A DNA stretch of 63,727 nucleotides, the filler included, from Choristocarpus tenellus KU-1152 (lineage: Eukaryota > Protista > Phaeophyceae): the NCBI GenBank assembly GCA_964200185.2. It is 14 parts of 14 records of this genome, joined end to end, with 100 filler letters (N's around TTAATTAATTAA, not from the genome) between each part and the next. Parts side by side here need not be neighbours in the genome. Positions count along the whole stretch, not along the records: positions 60,803 to 63,727 come from CAXNAD020023617.1; 13 more parts are not named here. The stretch is one strand, 5' to 3'. The first letter of the stretch is position 1; each line of letters opens with the position of its first letter. The translations under genes and the position numbers were made by a program. The notes below the pieces were generated by a model that worked only from the letters and a program-made list of their open reading frames with translations, did not search any database and had not been told where the DNA came from. Shown one piece after another: positions 60,803 to 63,727 of the stretch.

Positions 60803-63600
60803 TCTTTGGCTTGATCCGCCCCCCGCCATCCTCTCCCCCTGCCCCAACCCCAGCACTTGAGCTTCCAAGGGCCGATCCTGTCTCCCCTTCTTTATCCCCA
60901 CCGGAAGCAGTGCTCCCATTAGGGTCAGCGCTACTGGCCGTCTTCCCCCCCTCGCCTTCCTTGCCACCCTTGTCTTCCCGCTCTCCTCTTCGGACAAGAA
61001 CGGCATTCACCTTGGGACGGCGTTTTTAAAGGGAAGATGGTAAAAAAGCATCTTGTTTTACTTCATGTGTGGTCTTCAAGATCACCACATAACTGTTTCT
61101 AGGAGCAAATAATGTATGTTCAAACACGCAACACAGAGGTAGGGTCACACTGACAGGACAGCACACGCTTCACTTAAAAGGGCACCAAAGTGTGTCCACC
61201 ACTGAGGAGGAGGATATGGACACTTAAACCAATGCTCTTATTAGGGGAAGGGGTGGAGGACGGACAGAAAATCTGACCTTGTCTTTGACTTTTTCTACCA
61301 AGGCCTGGTGCTTCTTGGCCACCTCCTTGTCATTCGGCTCTAGAAATGCATCAATCGCCGTTTGTTCTTTTTTTCCAACCTTTACCAGCATTGCCTGGCC
61401 TGCGAGCTCAAGTCCATTCAAAACCTGGATGGCAAGAGTTGGGCAGAGAGCATTGCTCATGGTTTGTACCAATAATGAGGGTATAGCTTAGACCATGTAA
61501 AGATGTCCCAATTGAGCATGGAATGAGGGAGGGAATGAAGATGGTACTTAAGGACACTACTATTGTACAAATCTAATTAGCAACACTGGATATGAAAATT
61601 CATAGTAGGAAGCTCTTGGTAGAGTACAGTGAATGCAGCTACCTTTAAAACAAATTTGAGGTGCATGGACAAAACAGCCAACTTTACAGGGGCTTGTCAG
61701 GCATTCACACACACACACACGCGCACATCTTCTTCAGTACACTACTAACTCCATTGAATTGATTTATATTTTTCACCTCAAAGTTGTTACACGCAAGGGT
61801 GACTGCATGCTCACCAACTCTTTAAACCACCCAAAAGAAAGGGAAAAAATGATCAAACAAATCCCAGAGAGAGATGAGTGCCACACCACACCCACCTTCC
61901 ACGTTGTATGGTACCTACCTACATCTCAACACACAAATCCCATCCTAAAACACTTTACCCTGACTAATTGACCTCAACCTCCCAAGACTTGGATCAACTT
62001 CCTTGCCTCACTCCACCCCCCCCCCCCCCCCCCGCCCCTCCAACACACAATCCATCTGTTGCCTCCTCAACCTTATCCACCAACAAGATTATCAATATCA
62101 AGCCATGGATATCTTGGTCTAGGAAAGCAAAAGCCATGCAAATCTTTATCACCTGCACTGCAATGGCAGCTGCCTGTGCAGAGCGGTATGTGCAGAAACC
62201 AAACGCTTTTGGAAGGTCAGTAGACGGGTCCACTGCCCGATTCCACTTTTCCACCCCTCCACAGCATTGAAGCACCTCTTTTACAAGGACGTTGCTGGTC
62301 TCTGGCTTGAGTTTGCCCACATAGACATTTATATTCTCCTGTTTGACACCAATACCCACTCCAACGCGTGCACCGACACTAGCACTCAAGCCCGTTGAGG
62401 TTAGGGGAACATTCGATCCTGACGGGGCTGTCCCAAGCAGACCCCCCTGAGCTCCTCCCCCCTGCTTGAGGCCCTGGGTTGACAGGGATCCCACCCCCTG
62501 CCCAGCAGAGGGAACACTTGTGTGACCCAGCCTCTGCAAGGCAGGCAAGTTTGATGGGATTCTCATTGGAGGAGGACCAGCGGACATGCCCATGCCTGGC
62601 CTCATCCCAGGTCCCATTCCAGGATTGAGTCCCATGCCTGTACATGAGTGCATGAAATATTTGAGCTGTGAGTGGGAGGTGAAAACACATGAAATCTACT
62701 TGATGCTACTCATGGGAGCTGCACTAATTACACGTTATTGTGCTTACTAGTCTCATCTTAACTGTGCTGTTGTGTTTTAGAGGGAGTGACACATAGGAGA
62801 AGGAAAAAGGGATTTTGTCTACCCAAGATCAACGATACACAAGATTTATTATGCTTAGAAGAAGAGGCAAAGGTATGCTTGCACACAAAGTTGCAATTTA
62901 TTAATGTTGCAACTGAATAAATACACACGCATTCTAGAACCCTGTCGAACCCGTAATCATCTTTTTCGGGATTGTCCATCCGGTCACCTTGTTGTCCCAT
63001 CCCCATCCCCATCCCCATCCCCATCCCCATCCCTGGACGTTGGCCCCAGCCTGGTCCCATGCCAGGCACCATCCCCATTCCCATTCCAGGTCCACGCCCC
63101 ATGCCTGTAGAGGTTTGAAAGATACATTATACATGTGTGGAAGGTTGGGACGGCAGGGGTCAGTACTTCAGTTTGTGTAGCACTTGAGATGTTCCCCACC
63201 GTTTACTTGACCTCCTCCTTGAGGAGAATGATGGCGAAAGAGAAATACTAGTTCAAACACAGCAGCCTAAGCAACCGGCGAGGTAGTACTATGGGAAGGG
63301 AGTACACACGAAAGATGGAGGCAGGAATACAGAGATTCTACAGCCATGCTCCAGGTTGACACATGGGTTGGGATACCAACGAGGCTATCACATTGGCAGC
63401 CTAGCTCAAGGCAACCGGATGTAAGTCCTGACCAAAGGCGTCGTCGATATCCACAATCATGACAGGCCAAGATTATATAAGGAACACAGCTGCGGCTCTA
63501 AATGGCAGCATCTATGACGGATGACGGCCGTACACACCTGGAACTATGCCTGGAGACCCTCTTCCCCATCCTGGTCCCATTCCCATCGGTTGTCCCATAC
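60803..63600 (-). CDS. RBM25: RBM25-like (Snu71) RRM splicing factor, partial. Exons 63538-63600, 62988-63104, 62153-62637, 61278-61424, 61010 to contig edge
   Basis: Pro/Gly/Met-rich N-terminus followed by the RRM VYVGKL...VLQCCGGVEKWNRAVDPSTDLPKAFGFCTY...AVQ|VLNGLELAGQAMLVKV, characteristic of RBM25. Confidence 0.85.
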
Positions 63601-63727
63601 CTGGCGAAGGGGAGACCAATCCAGCAGTGGTGTCAGTTCCGAATCGAATTGATCCCATACGATTAAGATAGGTGCATTTAGTAGACGGGGGTAAGGGGGG
63701 AACATAAGGTGGGGGTAGCCCATACAT

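Noticed and set aside
33492-63727. Functional clustering of the MFS, GGNBP2, NHE and RBM25 genes
   Set aside because: Each lies on a separate contig joined by linkers, so the adjacency is arbitrary.

Overview
This is eukaryotic nuclear DNA, not one contiguous locus. Thirteen artificial 100-nt linkers (N44-TTAATTAATTAA-N44) join 14 short contigs, so neighbourhood across a linker means nothing. Spliceosomal GT-AG introns, TTAGGG repeats and the transposon types suggest a stramenopile, possibly a brown-algal lineage (inference). Partial host genes reconstructed by hand are an inositol polyphosphate 5-phosphatase, an SV2/SVOP-like MFS transporter, a GGNBP2-like protein, an NHE8/NHX-like Na+/H+ exchanger, an RBM25-like splicing factor and a CS-domain terminal exon. 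The rest is mostly decayed mobile DNA: two DD39D-like mariner remnants, two clear Ty1/copia elements plus a possible third, tyrosine-recombinase (DIRS-like) retroelement remnants and a CRE-like LINE fragment. Three signals stand out. (1) Two short non-autonomous transposon (MITE) families with different internal sequence share a terminal AAAGTATCT core and a sub-terminal GTCCATTTGGG inverted motif, make mostly 4-bp target duplications, and insert into other transposons. (2) Short interstitial telomeric repeats are unusually dense in introns. (3) A spliced 8-exon pseudogene has only TGA/TAG stops, consistent with C-to-T decay. I found no CRISPR array, rRNA or tRNA, and no clearly new multi-gene system that the sequence alone can support.
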